Translations under genes and position numbers: made by a program
Notes under the pieces: generated by a model
The model's input: the letters and a program-made list of their open reading frames with translations, nothing else
What the model was told of the DNA's origin: nothing
The model's database searches: none
NCBI GenBank assembly: GCA_026993785.1
Contig: JALWRZ010000010.1
Span: forward strand, 181,199 to 213,198
Direction: 5' to 3'
Length of the DNA stretch: 32,000 bases
Origin: DHVE2 group archaeon
Lineage (GTDB): Archaea; Thermoplasmatota; Thermoplasmata; Thermoplasmatales; Aciduliprofundaceae
In this document: piece after piece, positions 16,615 through 25,187 of the stretch
Layout: every line of letters starts with the position of its first letter
Position numbering within the stretch: position 1 is the stretch's first letter

Positions 16615-17375
16615 AAAGACAGGTTGATGAGTATTTGTATGAAAAAATCGTGCCTTACAGGGAAGAGAGAAGAGAGAAGGATATGGATGACAGAAAGGCC
16701 TACGGTGGGGTTTTTGATAAGAGAACTCTTCTTGCCTTCTACAAGCTCCTGAAGAAGGGTGTGATTGATATTGTTGAGTTCCCCATTTCCACGGGAAAAG
16801 AGGGGGATGTGTTTCGCGCCGTTGGCAAAGAAGGTTTTCTGGCAGTGAAGGTGTACAGGATGACCACCATAAATTACAAGGGATTATCCAGGTTCATAGA
16901 TGGGGATGATAGATTCGCACATATTCACAAAACGAAAGATACAGTAATATTAATCTGGGCCAGAAAGGAGTTTAGAAACCTGTCGGATTACTATAAAAAG
17001 GGGGTCAATGTTCCAAAACCCATGGCTGTATGGAAAAACATACTTGTGATGGATTATATAGGTGACGAGGTCATGCCTGCACCTTTGCTTAAGGATGTTA
17101 TTCAGGATACCCCGCGGGAATTTGCCTTCCTGCTTATAGAGGAGATGAGAAAGATGCTCAAAGCAAAGCTCATCCATGGGGATCTGAGCGAATACAATAT
17201 CCTTGTGTGGGATGAAAAGCCATACATAATCGATGTGGCCCAGGCTGTTCCGCTGGACCATCCTCTGGCCGACGATTTACTGCTTAGGGATGTGAGAAAT
17301 ATGGTAAGAGTTTTAAATAAGCTCGGATTAGGGATAAGGGAAAAAGAGCTGATGAAGGAGATAGAGGTGATATAA
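16611..17375 (+). CDS. rio1: RIO1-type serine/threonine protein kinase
   Basis: RIO motifs are present (STGKEGDVFRA, LIHGDLSEYNILV, IIDVAQAV). An ATGA overlap links it to aIF1A, a conserved archaeal gene order. Confidence 0.9.
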   Translation: MKRQVDEYLYEKIVPYREERREKDMDDRKAYGGVFDKRTLLAFYKLLKKGVIDIVEFPISTGKEGDVFRAVGKEGFLAVKVYRMTTINYKGLSRFIDGDDRFAHIHKTKDTVILIWARKEFRNLSDYYKKGVNVPKPMAVWKNILVMDYIGDEVMPAPLLKDVIQDTPREFAFLLIEEMRKMLKAKLIHGDLSEYNILVWDEKPYIIDVAQAVPLDHPLADDLLLRDVRNMVRVLNKLGLGIREKELMKEIEVI

Positions 17376-17924
17376 ATGATATATCTTAAGGTCCCCAAAT
17401 CCAGGATAGGCGTGCTAATCGGAAAGCATGGGGAGATAAAAAAGGAGGTGGAGAATAGGGCAGGAGTAGTTCTAAATATAGATTCGCGTGAAGGAGATGT
17501 AGTAATTGATGACACCAAAGCTGATCCTCTTATGGCTCTCAAGGCTAGGGATTTTGTGAGAGCTGTAGCCAGTGGCTTCTCTCCAGAGCGGGCCTGGAGG
17601 ATTTTCAAGGAAGATGTGTATTTTGAGGTGATAGATATAAAAGAGTTTGTGGGTAAAAGGGAGAATAGAATTCGTGTGTTACGGGGCCGTATAATTGGCA
17701 AGAATGGTAAAACCCGGAGAATTATAGAGGAGCTGAGTGGAGCATCGCTTTCTGTTTATGAATATTCGGTGGCCATAATAGGCAGCTATACACAGGTTGA
17801 AACTGCAAAGAGGGCCGTGGAGATGCTACTCAGGGGAAGCAAGCACGCCACCATCTATCATTTCCTGGAAAAGAAGAGAAGAGAGATGAAGTATTCTGCG
17901 CTGGAGTATTACTATATCCAGTGA
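17376..17924 (+). CDS. KH-domain RNA-binding protein (Dim2/Pno1-like)
   Basis: It has two KH-like modules (IGVLIGKHGEIKKEVE, RIIGKNGKTRRIIEELSG). It starts directly after the rio1 stop. Confidence 0.8.
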   Translation: MIYLKVPKSRIGVLIGKHGEIKKEVENRAGVVLNIDSREGDVVIDDTKADPLMALKARDFVRAVASGFSPERAWRIFKEDVYFEVIDIKEFVGKRENRIRVLRGRIIGKNGKTRRIIEELSGASLSVYEYSVAIIGSYTQVETAKRAVEMLLRGSKHATIYHFLEKKRREMKYSALEYYYIQ

Positions 17925-17929
17925 TATAG

Positions 17930-19150
17930 ATGGATATAAGCTATTTTCTGCTTTCTCTTCTTCTTCTAATTTTCCTGGGCCGGACCTTGGGCTTACTCTT
18001 CGTGAGATTTAAGTTTCAGAGCCTTATAGGTGAAGTTCTCGGTGGATTAATTTTAAGTCCCCTTATACTGGGACTTGTATCTCCCAACGAGACCCTGATG
18101 CTATTTAGTCAGTTTGGTATCATAGTCCTCATGCTTCTGTCGGGACTTCTCACCGATTTCAAGTCCTTTGAGGAATTCAAAGGTGCGAGTATTATGGTAG
18201 GAGTTCTAGGGGTTCTAGTATCCATCGTGCTCATATTCTTCACCCTTCTGGCTTTTGGAATGAGCATTCAGTCGTCCCTATTTATAAGCGTGGTGCTATC
18301 CAACACCGCGGTGGAAGTGTGCGCCACTATTCTTCTGAAAAGTGGGGCATCCAAGAAAATCCATGCGATAATTATGGGCGCCAGTTTTGTAGATGATATC
18401 GTTGCAGTTTTCCTGATCGGTGTTGTGGGCTCCCTGACCTTGGGTAATGAATTCTCTCTTCTTTCTCTCTCTATCCTCTCCATTAAAGTCATTCTTTTCA
18501 TAGCCATAACTCTGCTGGGCATCCCGTATCTGTTCGAAAGATTCTCTCTCATCGACAAATTTATCGGTTCGGGACCCCAGAGAGAAAAGGTGCTTCTTAC
18601 TTTCACTGTTCTCTTTGCCATACTGATGGGCATCGTTGCCATGTATTCGGGATTGCAGGTGGTGATAGGCGCATATATCGGCGGTTTAATTATCGGGAAA
18701 TGGGGCTCTAAAGTAGGTCCAATGCTTAAGAGAAGAGTAGCCTATGAGGAGCTGGTGGACGATATATCCTCATATTCCCATGCCTTATTTACTCCCCTCT
18801 TCTTCGGATATGTGGGTGTGGTCCTTGGAAACGTAATCTATGAATTTGGTCTGGACGTCTCATTTGTCTCCATCATTCTTCTTCTCACAGTAGTGGCATT
18901 AGCTGCAAAATTTGTAGGATGCGGTGCAGGTGCAAAGATTTCAGGCCTTGATTTAAAATCCGCAGGGTTTGTGGGTATAGCCATGGGCGGCCGTGGCGCC
19001 TTAGAAATGGTTCTTCTCACCCTTGGCTATGAGAAGGGAATAATCTCCGCATCGCTCTTTGCATCCGTAGTGATTGTTACCCTTCTTACAGTTATCATCA
19101 CACCCATTCTGTTTTCCATCTACGAGAGAAAATTCATGGCTTCCCCTTAG
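17930..19150 (+). CDS. Monovalent cation/H+ antiporter (CPA2 / Kef-NapA type)
   Basis: It has about 12 predicted TM helices. Its start (GEVLGGLILSP) and general pattern are typical of the Na_H_exchanger family. Confidence 0.75.
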   Translation: MDISYFLLSLLLLIFLGRTLGLLFVRFKFQSLIGEVLGGLILSPLILGLVSPNETLMLFSQFGIIVLMLLSGLLTDFKSFEEFKGASIMVGVLGVLVSIVLIFFTLLAFGMSIQSSLFISVVLSNTAVEVCATILLKSGASKKIHAIIMGASFVDDIVAVFLIGVVGSLTLGNEFSLLSLSILSIKVILFIAITLLGIPYLFERFSLIDKFIGSGPQREKVLLTFTVLFAILMGIVAMYSGLQVVIGAYIGGLIIGKWGSKVGPMLKRRVAYEELVDDISSYSHALFTPLFFGYVGVVLGNVIYEFGLDVSFVSIILLLTVVALAAKFVGCGAGAKISGLDLKSAGFVGIAMGGRGALEMVLLTLGYEKGIISASLFASVVIVTLLTVIITPILFSIYERKFMASP

Positions 19151-19712
19151 ATTCTCCAAAATGTAGTGCACTGGCTATAAGATGTGCAACTCTTAAAGGC
19201 TCTGGAATGGCGCCTCTCACGGTGAAGATGGAAACAAACCATTCTGCCTCCATTCTATCGATACCTACAAATTGCACAAAAATCTCATATTTTCCATTCT
19301 TAATTCTATGGATCTTGTGTTGATTAAGCAATTTCCATCTTTTCTCCCAATCGTCAAAATGCTTTTTGAGTGCTCCATAAATATCATCCATATTCGGCAT
19401 TTTTCGAGATACAGAAATTATGGGTATCCCTGTGGCTTTATATACAAATTCAAGATCCACTATGTTGAAGCCTCCGAAGGTCATGCCCTGGGTAAAGATT
19501 ACCTTTAGCTGCCTTCCAAAGCGAGTGGAGACCATTTCAACTATTTTTTCGCTGCAATCTAAACCATCCACCGCAATTCTTCTTCTTAGGATACCCTCTA
19601 TGTAGTTGGGTGCACGCATAACAACTCCTATTATATCCGTGCTCCCAGGTGTATGGGGCACAAAATAGGAATCATCAATGCCCAGGGCTCTTATATTCTT
19701 CTTCATTTTCAC
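19134..19712 (-). CDS. UPF0215 / DUF99 family protein (EndoV-like fold)
   Basis: The N-terminus (ALGIDDSYF...IIGVVMRAPNYIEG) is typical of archaeal DUF99. Confidence 0.65.
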   Translation of the reverse strand: MKMKKNIRALGIDDSYFVPHTPGSTDIIGVVMRAPNYIEGILRRRIAVDGLDCSEKIVEMVSTRFGRQLKVIFTQGMTFGGFNIVDLEFVYKATGIPIISVSRKMPNMDDIYGALKKHFDDWEKRWKLLNQHKIHRIKNGKYEIFVQFVGIDRMEAEWFVSIFTVRGAIPEPLRVAHLIASALHFGESKGKP

Positions 19713-20062
19713 AGCAATGGCAGAGAGCCTGTAACTTTGTTTACAAGCTCCTCAGGTCCCGGACCAATTCCTAAGCACGTGATAGTTCCCGGAGGCACTT
19801 CCGTCAATCCGGCATCACGGATAAGCGCAGTTATGAGCCCAAGATTCTTCGCTTTGAATTCCAGCTCGTAAAGCTCTTTCAGACTCTTGGCTTTGACAAC
19901 CACCTTCTTCTGCCCCTCTTTAATCCAGTCATCGAGCCAGGGATTCTTACCCTTTTTGGATCTCAGCGTGCACTCCACCGCCGCATGGGCAACCTGCACT
20001 GCGGTTTTGCCGCAAGATAGTCCTAAATCCTCTCTAATTACTATAACCATCTTATATTTCAT
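19709..20062 (-). CDS. pth2: Peptidyl-tRNA hydrolase, archaeal Pth2 type
   Basis: The match is VIVIREDLGLSCGKTAVQVAHAAV ... ITALIRDAGLTEVPPGTITCLGIGP, and the length is 117 aa. Confidence 0.9.
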   Translation of the reverse strand: MKYKMVIVIREDLGLSCGKTAVQVAHAAVECTLRSKKGKNPWLDDWIKEGQKKVVVKAKSLKELYELEFKAKNLGLITALIRDAGLTEVPPGTITCLGIGPGPEELVNKVTGSLPLL

Positions 20063-20570
20063 TCAGCACCCCCTTCATCTTATCTATCTTTTCATCCATT
20101 TTCCTTATTTCTTGGAACAGGCGATTCATCTCATCCTTATACCTCTCACCATGAGGAGAGAGCTTCGATAGACGCTCAAGCTCTTCCAATTTTTTTATCA
20201 TCTTTCTTCTCTCCTTCAGTAGATCCTGGAGCATGTATAGCCTATCGTATTTATTTTCCTTTCCATAGCCCAGCCACCTTCTGATGGTGGGGTATCCACC
20301 CCGCATATACCCAACTATGAAGAATATTATGGTAAGCGCTGTAAGTCCAAGCCATATGTATCCTGCGTAGAAGAGGGCATAATAACCGAGGAGATATCCA
20401 AGGAGAATGGCGATGACTATGCTCATTCCCATTCCCAGACCTATACGGTAAAGCTGATCGTATTCTAAATCCAGCTCACCAGGCTTAGGAAAGAGCATGT
20501 TTATGAAGGTGTATCCCGGAAGAAAGAAAAGCATGAGAATCGCAGCCAGAACCTGTAGCACTTCAATCAT
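20052..20570 (-). CDS. Membrane protein with DUF1616-like N-terminus and C-terminal coiled coil
   Basis: The N-terminal motif is LMLFFLPGYTFINMLFP...RIGLGMGMSIVI. It has three TM helices, then a charged helical tail. Confidence 0.5.
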   Translation of the reverse strand: MIEVLQVLAAILMLFFLPGYTFINMLFPKPGELDLEYDQLYRIGLGMGMSIVIAILLGYLLGYYALFYAGYIWLGLTALTIIFFIVGYMRGGYPTIRRWLGYGKENKYDRLYMLQDLLKERRKMIKKLEELERLSKLSPHGERYKDEMNRLFQEIRKMDEKIDKMKGVLNEI

Positions 20571-20675
20571 TGTATTACCAATCGTATCATCTATTTTAAT
20601 CTTTTTTACCCTTTTTCTCTTTTTTCTCAGATTAATCTGGGAAAAATATTTAATGGAGTTGTTACTTCTAAATTC

Positions 20676-21884
20676 GTGGCAAATGCGGAATTTTTGAAGG
20701 CGATGTTTCGAGAGTATTACCTTAAAAATGATGTGATATTACCCCCGCGCTTTACCAAAAGGGAGTATGGTTTTATGTTCTTCGATAAGAATTATGTGCT
20801 TCGCCATAAGGCTTTTTTCTCGAAGCGGGAAATAAAAAGATTTCTGGTTAGCGAGGTGCCCAAACATGCATACTACTCCACAGCCTATTATTCTGATCCC
20901 AAAAACAAGGATATGGAAAAAAAAGGGTGGCTAGGCGCAGATTTAGTTTTCGATCTGGATGCGGATCATATACCGGAGACAGAGGGAAAAAGATACGAGG
21001 AAATGCTTCAAATAGTCAAAAGAGAGGCGGAAAAATTGGTAGAAGATTATTTACTCGGTGATTTTGGATTTGATGAAAAAGATCTGCAGATAGCCTTCTC
21101 GGGAGGTAGGGGATATCATATATATGTGAGAAGTAGCAGGGTTCACAGATTGGGTAGCAACGAAAGACGAGAAATCGTGTCCTACATAACGGGGGAAAGT
21201 ACAGATATCTTCAAGTTTCTTATCCGCAGGGAGGAAATTAAAAGGAAGAGAAAAAGAACCCTTTATCTTCTCTATCCTCCAGAATTTGGAGGTTGGTACG
21301 GCAAAATCTCCAGAGAAATAGTCAAAATTTCCCGCAGTCTTCTGAGTCTATACGAAGAATATGGGAAAGACACGGTAGTGGAGGAATTTAATGGAGTTTT
21401 GAAAAATAAAAAGTTGAGCAGGAGAATTGTGGGGGATCTTTTCAAGAAAACCTCGGAAAATACTATGAAAATCGAGCATCTCATCTCCCAGGAACAGTCA
21501 CAAAAACTCCAGATTTTTGAAACTGATGAACTTAGAGATGCGTTCCTTATGTATATAAAAGAGAAGATAAGAATAAGAGGTGAAGCAGATGAACCTGTAA
21601 CAACTGACATTCATAGATTAATAAGACTAATAGGCTCTTTGCATGGAAAAACTGGATTTATAGTTTTACCTTTAACTCTTAATGAATTTAAAAATTTTAA
21701 TCCACTTATAGATGCAATTCCACAAAATTTCAAAGAAGGAGAAAGTAAAATAATGGCCGAAAAAAAAGTGGAAATAGAATTGAACGGAGAAAATTATCGC
21801 ATTGAAGGTGAAGAATGCGTACCTAACTACGTGGCGGTGTTTTTGGTAGCCAGGGGAATGGCGGATTTTATCTCTCGCTGTTAA
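20676..21884 (+). CDS. priS: DNA primase small (catalytic) subunit PriS
   Basis: It has the AEP catalytic motifs (DLVFDLDADH, SGGRGYHIYV, and a late H in SLHGKTG). The GTG start lies about 25 nt downstream of aaatatttaa, so the transcript is probably leaderless. Confidence 0.85.
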   Translation: MANAEFLKAMFREYYLKNDVILPPRFTKREYGFMFFDKNYVLRHKAFFSKREIKRFLVSEVPKHAYYSTAYYSDPKNKDMEKKGWLGADLVFDLDADHIPETEGKRYEEMLQIVKREAEKLVEDYLLGDFGFDEKDLQIAFSGGRGYHIYVRSSRVHRLGSNERREIVSYITGESTDIFKFLIRREEIKRKRKRTLYLLYPPEFGGWYGKISREIVKISRSLLSLYEEYGKDTVVEEFNGVLKNKKLSRRIVGDLFKKTSENTMKIEHLISQEQSQKLQIFETDELRDAFLMYIKEKIRIRGEADEPVTTDIHRLIRLIGSLHGKTGFIVLPLTLNEFKNFNPLIDAIPQNFKEGESKIMAEKKVEIELNGENYRIEGEECVPNYVAVFLVARGMADFISRC

Positions 21885-21932
21885 TTGTGATAGGGGGAAA
21901 ATTATATATTCTTGTTGCTATTTGCGGCTCAT

Positions 21933-22139
21933 ATGGGATCAATCAGACCTGCAAATATAAAGGCGGTAGCTCGAGAACTAGTGGAAAAATACCCCGATAA
22001 GTTTAATGGAGATTTTGAGAATAACAAGCTATGGGTCTCCAAGCTTACGGATGTCCAAACCAAGAAACTGAGAAATATTCTTGCTGGATATGTAACCCGC
22101 TATTGGAGAGTTAAGAAAAGGAGAGAAGAGTCCTCCTGA
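21933..22139 (+). CDS. rps17e: 30S ribosomal protein S17e
   Basis: The sequence MGSIRPANIKAVARELVEKYPDKF... is typical. I prefer the ATG at 21933, about 25 nt after the aaattatatatt TATA box, over the track start at 21912 (a TTG). Confidence 0.85.
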   Translation: MGSIRPANIKAVARELVEKYPDKFNGDFENNKLWVSKLTDVQTKKLRNILAGYVTRYWRVKKRREESS

Positions 22140-22692
22140 GTTTTTCCTCCAGTAGAGCCAGTTTTTTCTTGACTCTATCGAGCATCTCATTTGCCATTTC
22201 TATAAAAAACTCAAGCTCTTTTTCCTCTACCAAAAGCTCTCCATTTTTTCCTAATGGAATATGGAGATTTTCCGTGCTGAGAATTTCAACCATTACCTTT
22301 TCCTCTTTTATATTCTTGATACATGTGTATTTGAACCCGCTTTCTAATGCTATTTCTATGATGCTACGAGCAGCATTCAGGCTACTGGCCACCACATGAA
22401 TTATGGAGGACTGCATAAGGAGGAAAAGATATCCTTGGGTATAGTTTTTAACGGTCTCTCTTATCTCATCCACTCCAACTTTTCTGTGCCATTTTCCCAG
22501 GAACTTTGCATTTATTTTATCTCCTATTCGCGGAATCTGCAGGATTACAATCCTTCCGGAGCAGCTGCTTGTTGTGTAGTAATCTCGGGAAGAATTTATA
22601 AGCTCAAGAAGGGGAATTATATCCTCATCTACCTCTCCCCTGATTTTTGCTTCCTCATATTTTCTCAAGGCTTCTTTTCTATCTATCATCAA
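22111..22692 (-). CDS. taw3: tRNA wyosine-derivative methyltransferase Taw3 (TYW3 homologue)
   Basis: It carries the TYW3 signature SSCSGRIVIL and is about 190 aa long. Confidence 0.75.
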   Translation of the reverse strand: MMIDRKEALRKYEEAKIRGEVDEDIIPLLELINSSRDYYTTSSCSGRIVILQIPRIGDKINAKFLGKWHRKVGVDEIRETVKNYTQGYLFLLMQSSIIHVVASSLNAARSIIEIALESGFKYTCIKNIKEEKVMVEILSTENLHIPLGKNGELLVEEKELEFFIEMANEMLDRVKKKLALLEEKLRRTLLSFS

Positions 22693-22738
22693 ATCACCGA
22701 TATTTTATAAACTCTGTTAATTTTTATATTTAATTAAG

Positions 22739-23188
22739 TTACTGAAATACTATCATACCCCATTTGCCCAGGGAAATCTGTAATCCGTAGAGATTTTCCC
22801 TCACATACCCGTTTATTATTTTTATCTTCATTCCCTCTCTCAGGTTCATTCCTATTTCATCTATTTCCTCGTTCCACAGCACAAGCTGACAGCTCCCGGT
22901 ATCATCATGTATATCTATTCTCATTATCTTTAGCTTTCCTTCTTTCCTCAGCTCAGGCTCGTTGATCCTATCCACTATTGCTTCCACCGTCGCATTTATT
23001 CCATCGTAAAGATCTCTTATTTTCATCCTGTTTCCAGGATTTCTACCCAGCTCATCCACGATCATATATGCGATTGCATCATCTTCCAGAAGACCACCAT
23101 ATTTTTCTCTTCTCTTCTCTATCTCATACTTGAATCTCTCAAAGCTCATCAGGTCGCTAATGAGAGAGTATAGACTCTCTATGTCCAT
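22739..23188 (-). CDS. OB-fold nucleic-acid-binding protein (RPA-like)
   Basis: A helical N-terminus is followed by an OB barrel (KIMRIDIHDDTGSCQLVLWNEEIDEI...GMKIKIINGYVRE), as in archaeal RPA-type OB domains. Confidence 0.55.
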   Translation of the reverse strand: MDIESLYSLISDLMSFERFKYEIEKRREKYGGLLEDDAIAYMIVDELGRNPGNRMKIRDLYDGINATVEAIVDRINEPELRKEGKLKIMRIDIHDDTGSCQLVLWNEEIDEIGMNLREGMKIKIINGYVRENLYGLQISLGKWGMIVFQ

Positions 23189-23304
23189 ACTTTTTGCATG
23201 ACATAAAAAAAGATAAATGTAACGACCTTACAGATACCCGTATTTCAACATGAAGGCTACTCTATATAATGAAAAAATGCCAATCCGTGGGGTCGATGAT
23301 TGGT

Positions 23305-23332
23305 ATGTAACATAACCTATGTTATGTTACAT
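23305..23332. promoter_or_regulatory. Perfect 12-bp inverted repeat ATGTAACATAAC-ctat-GTTATGTTACAT
   Basis: I read it directly from the sequence. It spans the stop codon of the methyltransferase gene. It may be a 3' hairpin/terminator or an operator for the downstream OB-fold gene. Confidence 0.5.
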
Positions 23333-24446
23333 TCTTAGCAGCCACATAGAGCTGACCTATCCGAAAGAGGGTGGCCTTATCCTCTCCTTTTAACCTATCT
23401 TCAATTTTCTTCCTTAATTTCCAGTAATCTCTGGGATCCAGGGAGAACATAAGGGTAACCTTTCCTATTCTATTGGAATCAAGGCACTCTATGATCTCCT
23501 CAATACTGCGTGCGTCACATAGAATTTCATAGGGTTTCAGAAAATCACTCCTAATTATCCTACTAGATGTAGCAAGGGTTCTTCTCTTACCTACCTGTAG
23601 ATATTCTATATCATATCTTTCCTGCAATGCTGAAAGTAGAGAGGCGTAGTAAATAGATTCATCAACTAAATAAATATAATTACTTAACTCACTTTCTAAA
23701 GTAAATTCATCTCTTTCACAAGATTGAATGCTCTCTCCTGAGGGGAGGGTAACGGCTCTTCTCTCACACACTTTCAATTCAGAAGTGTAAGCGGTGAGCC
23801 TTTTTATTCTTCCATTCACCGATATGTATTCCCTCTCCCAGTCCTGGGGAACTTTCTCGGGTGATATCTGAGGTGGCAGGTCAAATATGTAATTTCTCTG
23901 CCCGTATTTCTCCATAATTTTGAGGGGTGAAGGACTTAGGGTTTCCAGTTTTCTCTCCCTTTCACTTTCTTTTCTGGCAGGATCCGAGAAAATGATGTCA
24001 TAGTTTTTGGTTTTTTCAATTATCTCCGGGGAGAAGCAATTAGCTGCCAAGAATTCCACATTATCGCGTTCGTAGGCCTTGGCATTTAGTTTTGCATATC
24101 TGATTCTCCGGGGATCTATATCGATTCCCAGGACATGGGGATTTGTAAAGGAGAAAAATATGGCCTGCATACCGACACCACAGCTTATATCTGCTATGGT
24201 GTATCCCTTTATCCTCCTTGCCCTATACATCCCTATTATTTCAGGAGTGGAATATCTAAGACCGTACTCATCGAAATATAAATTGTGCCTGGTGAATTTA
24301 TCGCGCATTTTTATCCTGCATTTGGCGATTTCATATACTTCCTCAGGATTAAAGTTCTTAGGAATAAGTTGAAAAATGCGGTGTCTTGGATAACCTCGCC
24401 TTATAAGAGTCTCGCATTTTTTCACAGCGTGTTCAATTTCTTCCAC
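23322..24446 (-). CDS. Class I SAM-dependent methyltransferase with an extra C-terminal (possibly THUMP-like) domain
   Basis: It has SAM motif I (IADISCGVGMQAIFF), then VLGIDIDPRRI, and motif IV (IIFSDPAR). The start is GTG. Confidence 0.7.
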   Translation of the reverse strand: MEEIEHAVKKCETLIRRGYPRHRIFQLIPKNFNPEEVYEIAKCRIKMRDKFTRHNLYFDEYGLRYSTPEIIGMYRARRIKGYTIADISCGVGMQAIFFSFTNPHVLGIDIDPRRIRYAKLNAKAYERDNVEFLAANCFSPEIIEKTKNYDIIFSDPARKESERERKLETLSPSPLKIMEKYGQRNYIFDLPPQISPEKVPQDWEREYISVNGRIKRLTAYTSELKVCERRAVTLPSGESIQSCERDEFTLESELSNYIYLVDESIYYASLLSALQERYDIEYLQVGKRRTLATSSRIIRSDFLKPYEILCDARSIEEIIECLDSNRIGKVTLMFSLDPRDYWKLRKKIEDRLKGEDKATLFRIGQLYVAAKNVT

Positions 24447-24583
24447 AAAAGAGCTAAGGAGATCAGCAAATTAAAATTTTTCTCAACATTTAGGTTTATC
24501 TTATCAACTGTGTATATTTACAGACTTTATTAAATAAAAGATAAGATTTTGAGAATAAAATTTTGAAAATAAAAATGAGAGCA

Positions 24584-24745
24584 TTAGAGAAAGCCAAATC
24601 TATCCTGAAGCTCGGTGGCAACCTGGTTGAGGATTTCCTCAAAGCTATCGCTCTCTACCTTGGTTACGTTACCATCGGGGAGAGTTATCCGCGCATAGAA
24701 GATATCTCCATCCCTTACTATCTCAACATCTGCTAGTTTCCCCAT
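24584..24745 (-). CDS. Small 53-aa ORF not in the supplied track; hypothetical, faintly HicB/UPF0150-like
   Basis: My manual translation is MGKLADVEIVRDGDIFYARITLPDGNVTKVESDSFEEILNQVATELQDRFGFL. GGTGAT lies 4 nt upstream of the ATG, the same SD as aIF1A. A BRE/TATA-like box sits further upstream (24781-24797). Confidence 0.45.
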   Translation of the reverse strand: MGKLADVEIVRDGDIFYARITLPDGNVTKVESDSFEEILNQVATELQDRFGFL

Positions 24746-24780
24746 GAGCATCACCAGTTATATGGGGGATACAAATGAGA

Positions 24781-24797
24781 ATATAAAACTTTCCTTT
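24781..24797 (-). promoter_or_regulatory. BRE/TATA-like promoter (minus strand) for the 53-aa ORF
   Basis: The minus strand reads aaaggaaag-ttttatat. This begins 6 nt after the palindrome at 24804-24824, the same layout as upstream of tRNA-His. Confidence 0.45.
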
Positions 24798-24803
24798 AGA
24801 ACT

Positions 24804-24986
24804 GGGAACCACCAGTGGGTTCCCATACGAAGGGGCACCTACGGTTCCCCTCTCTACACCTCTCCCTTATCATTAGGGGGTTTAGAAAGGGGGTGGAACC
24901 CCCTTCGTGGGGCACCTACGCAGCGCCCTGATTACGCAGGCTGGCTCGCATCTTTCGATGCCCGTTTCCCCTCTCTACACCACACC
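24804..24986 (-). repeat. Inverted copy of the 5425-5603 repeat module (palindrome, linker, U2-type unit, degenerate spacer, truncated second unit)
   Basis: I aligned the reverse complement by hand. 24844-24911 is identical to 5497-5564. 24826-24843 is identical to 5565-5582. The palindrome gggaaccaccagtgggttccc differs from 5583-5603 only at two spacer bases. Overall, 24804-24926 against 5482-5603 shows 3 substitutions and 1 indel. Confidence 0.9.
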
Positions 24987-25071
24987 CTTTTAAACCTGTA
25001 GTAGGCATCTTGGTATATTCGCCGAATAAAAGTTGGAGGGTTTCAGTGACTGATAATATCGAGAGACGCTT

Positions 25072-25088
25072 CGAAAAAGGTTAAATAA
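25072..25088 (+). promoter_or_regulatory. BRE/TATA-like promoter for tRNA-Arg
   Basis: The sequence cgaaaaagg-ttaaataa is centred about 25 nt upstream of 25110. Confidence 0.5.
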
Positions 25089-25109
25089 GGATTTTCCATG
25101 GGGAACCTG

Positions 25110-25184
25110 GGGCGCGTGGCCTAGCCAGGATATGGCGGCAGCCTCCTAAGCTGCAAGTCCCGGGTTCGAATCCCGGCGCGCCCG
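25110..25184 (+). tRNA. tRNA-Arg (anticodon CCT)
   Basis: Folded by hand. Acceptor stem is GGGCGCG/CGCGCCC and the discriminator is G. Anticodon stem is GCAGC/GCTGC and the loop is CT-CCT-AA. The T arm is CCGGG-TTCGAAT-CCCGG. There is no intron and no encoded CCA. Confidence 0.9.
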
Positions 25185-25187
25185 CTG

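Noticed and set aside
17102-17701. A 199-aa minus-strand ORF spans the rio1/KH junction.
   Set aside because: It is antisense to two strongly supported genes, has S/I/L-rich composition, and matches no recognisable family.
24584-24745. HicAB-type toxin-antitoxin pair.
   Set aside because: Only a faint HicB-like pattern appears in a single small ORF. No HicA-like ORF is found on either side, so I do not call a TA system.
24804-24824. Possible origin-recognition-box (ORB)-like dyad, because the spacer contains CCAGTGG.
   Set aside because: The CCAGTGG core is not conserved in the other two palindrome copies. There is no orc1/cdc6 gene and no extended AT-rich unwinding element nearby.
24744-25001. 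An 85-aa ORF (plus strand) covers the inverted repeat copy.
   Set aside because: The same argument applies: it reads the reverse complement of the sequence covered by 5493-5702. It also overlaps the start of the better-supported minus-strand 53-aa ORF.
5692-25184. Integrated mobile element bounded by tRNA genes and repeats.
   Set aside because: No integrase, transposase, or viral or plasmid genes occur between the repeats. The content is core housekeeping. The repeats lie upstream of the tRNAs rather than duplicating tRNA 3' halves.
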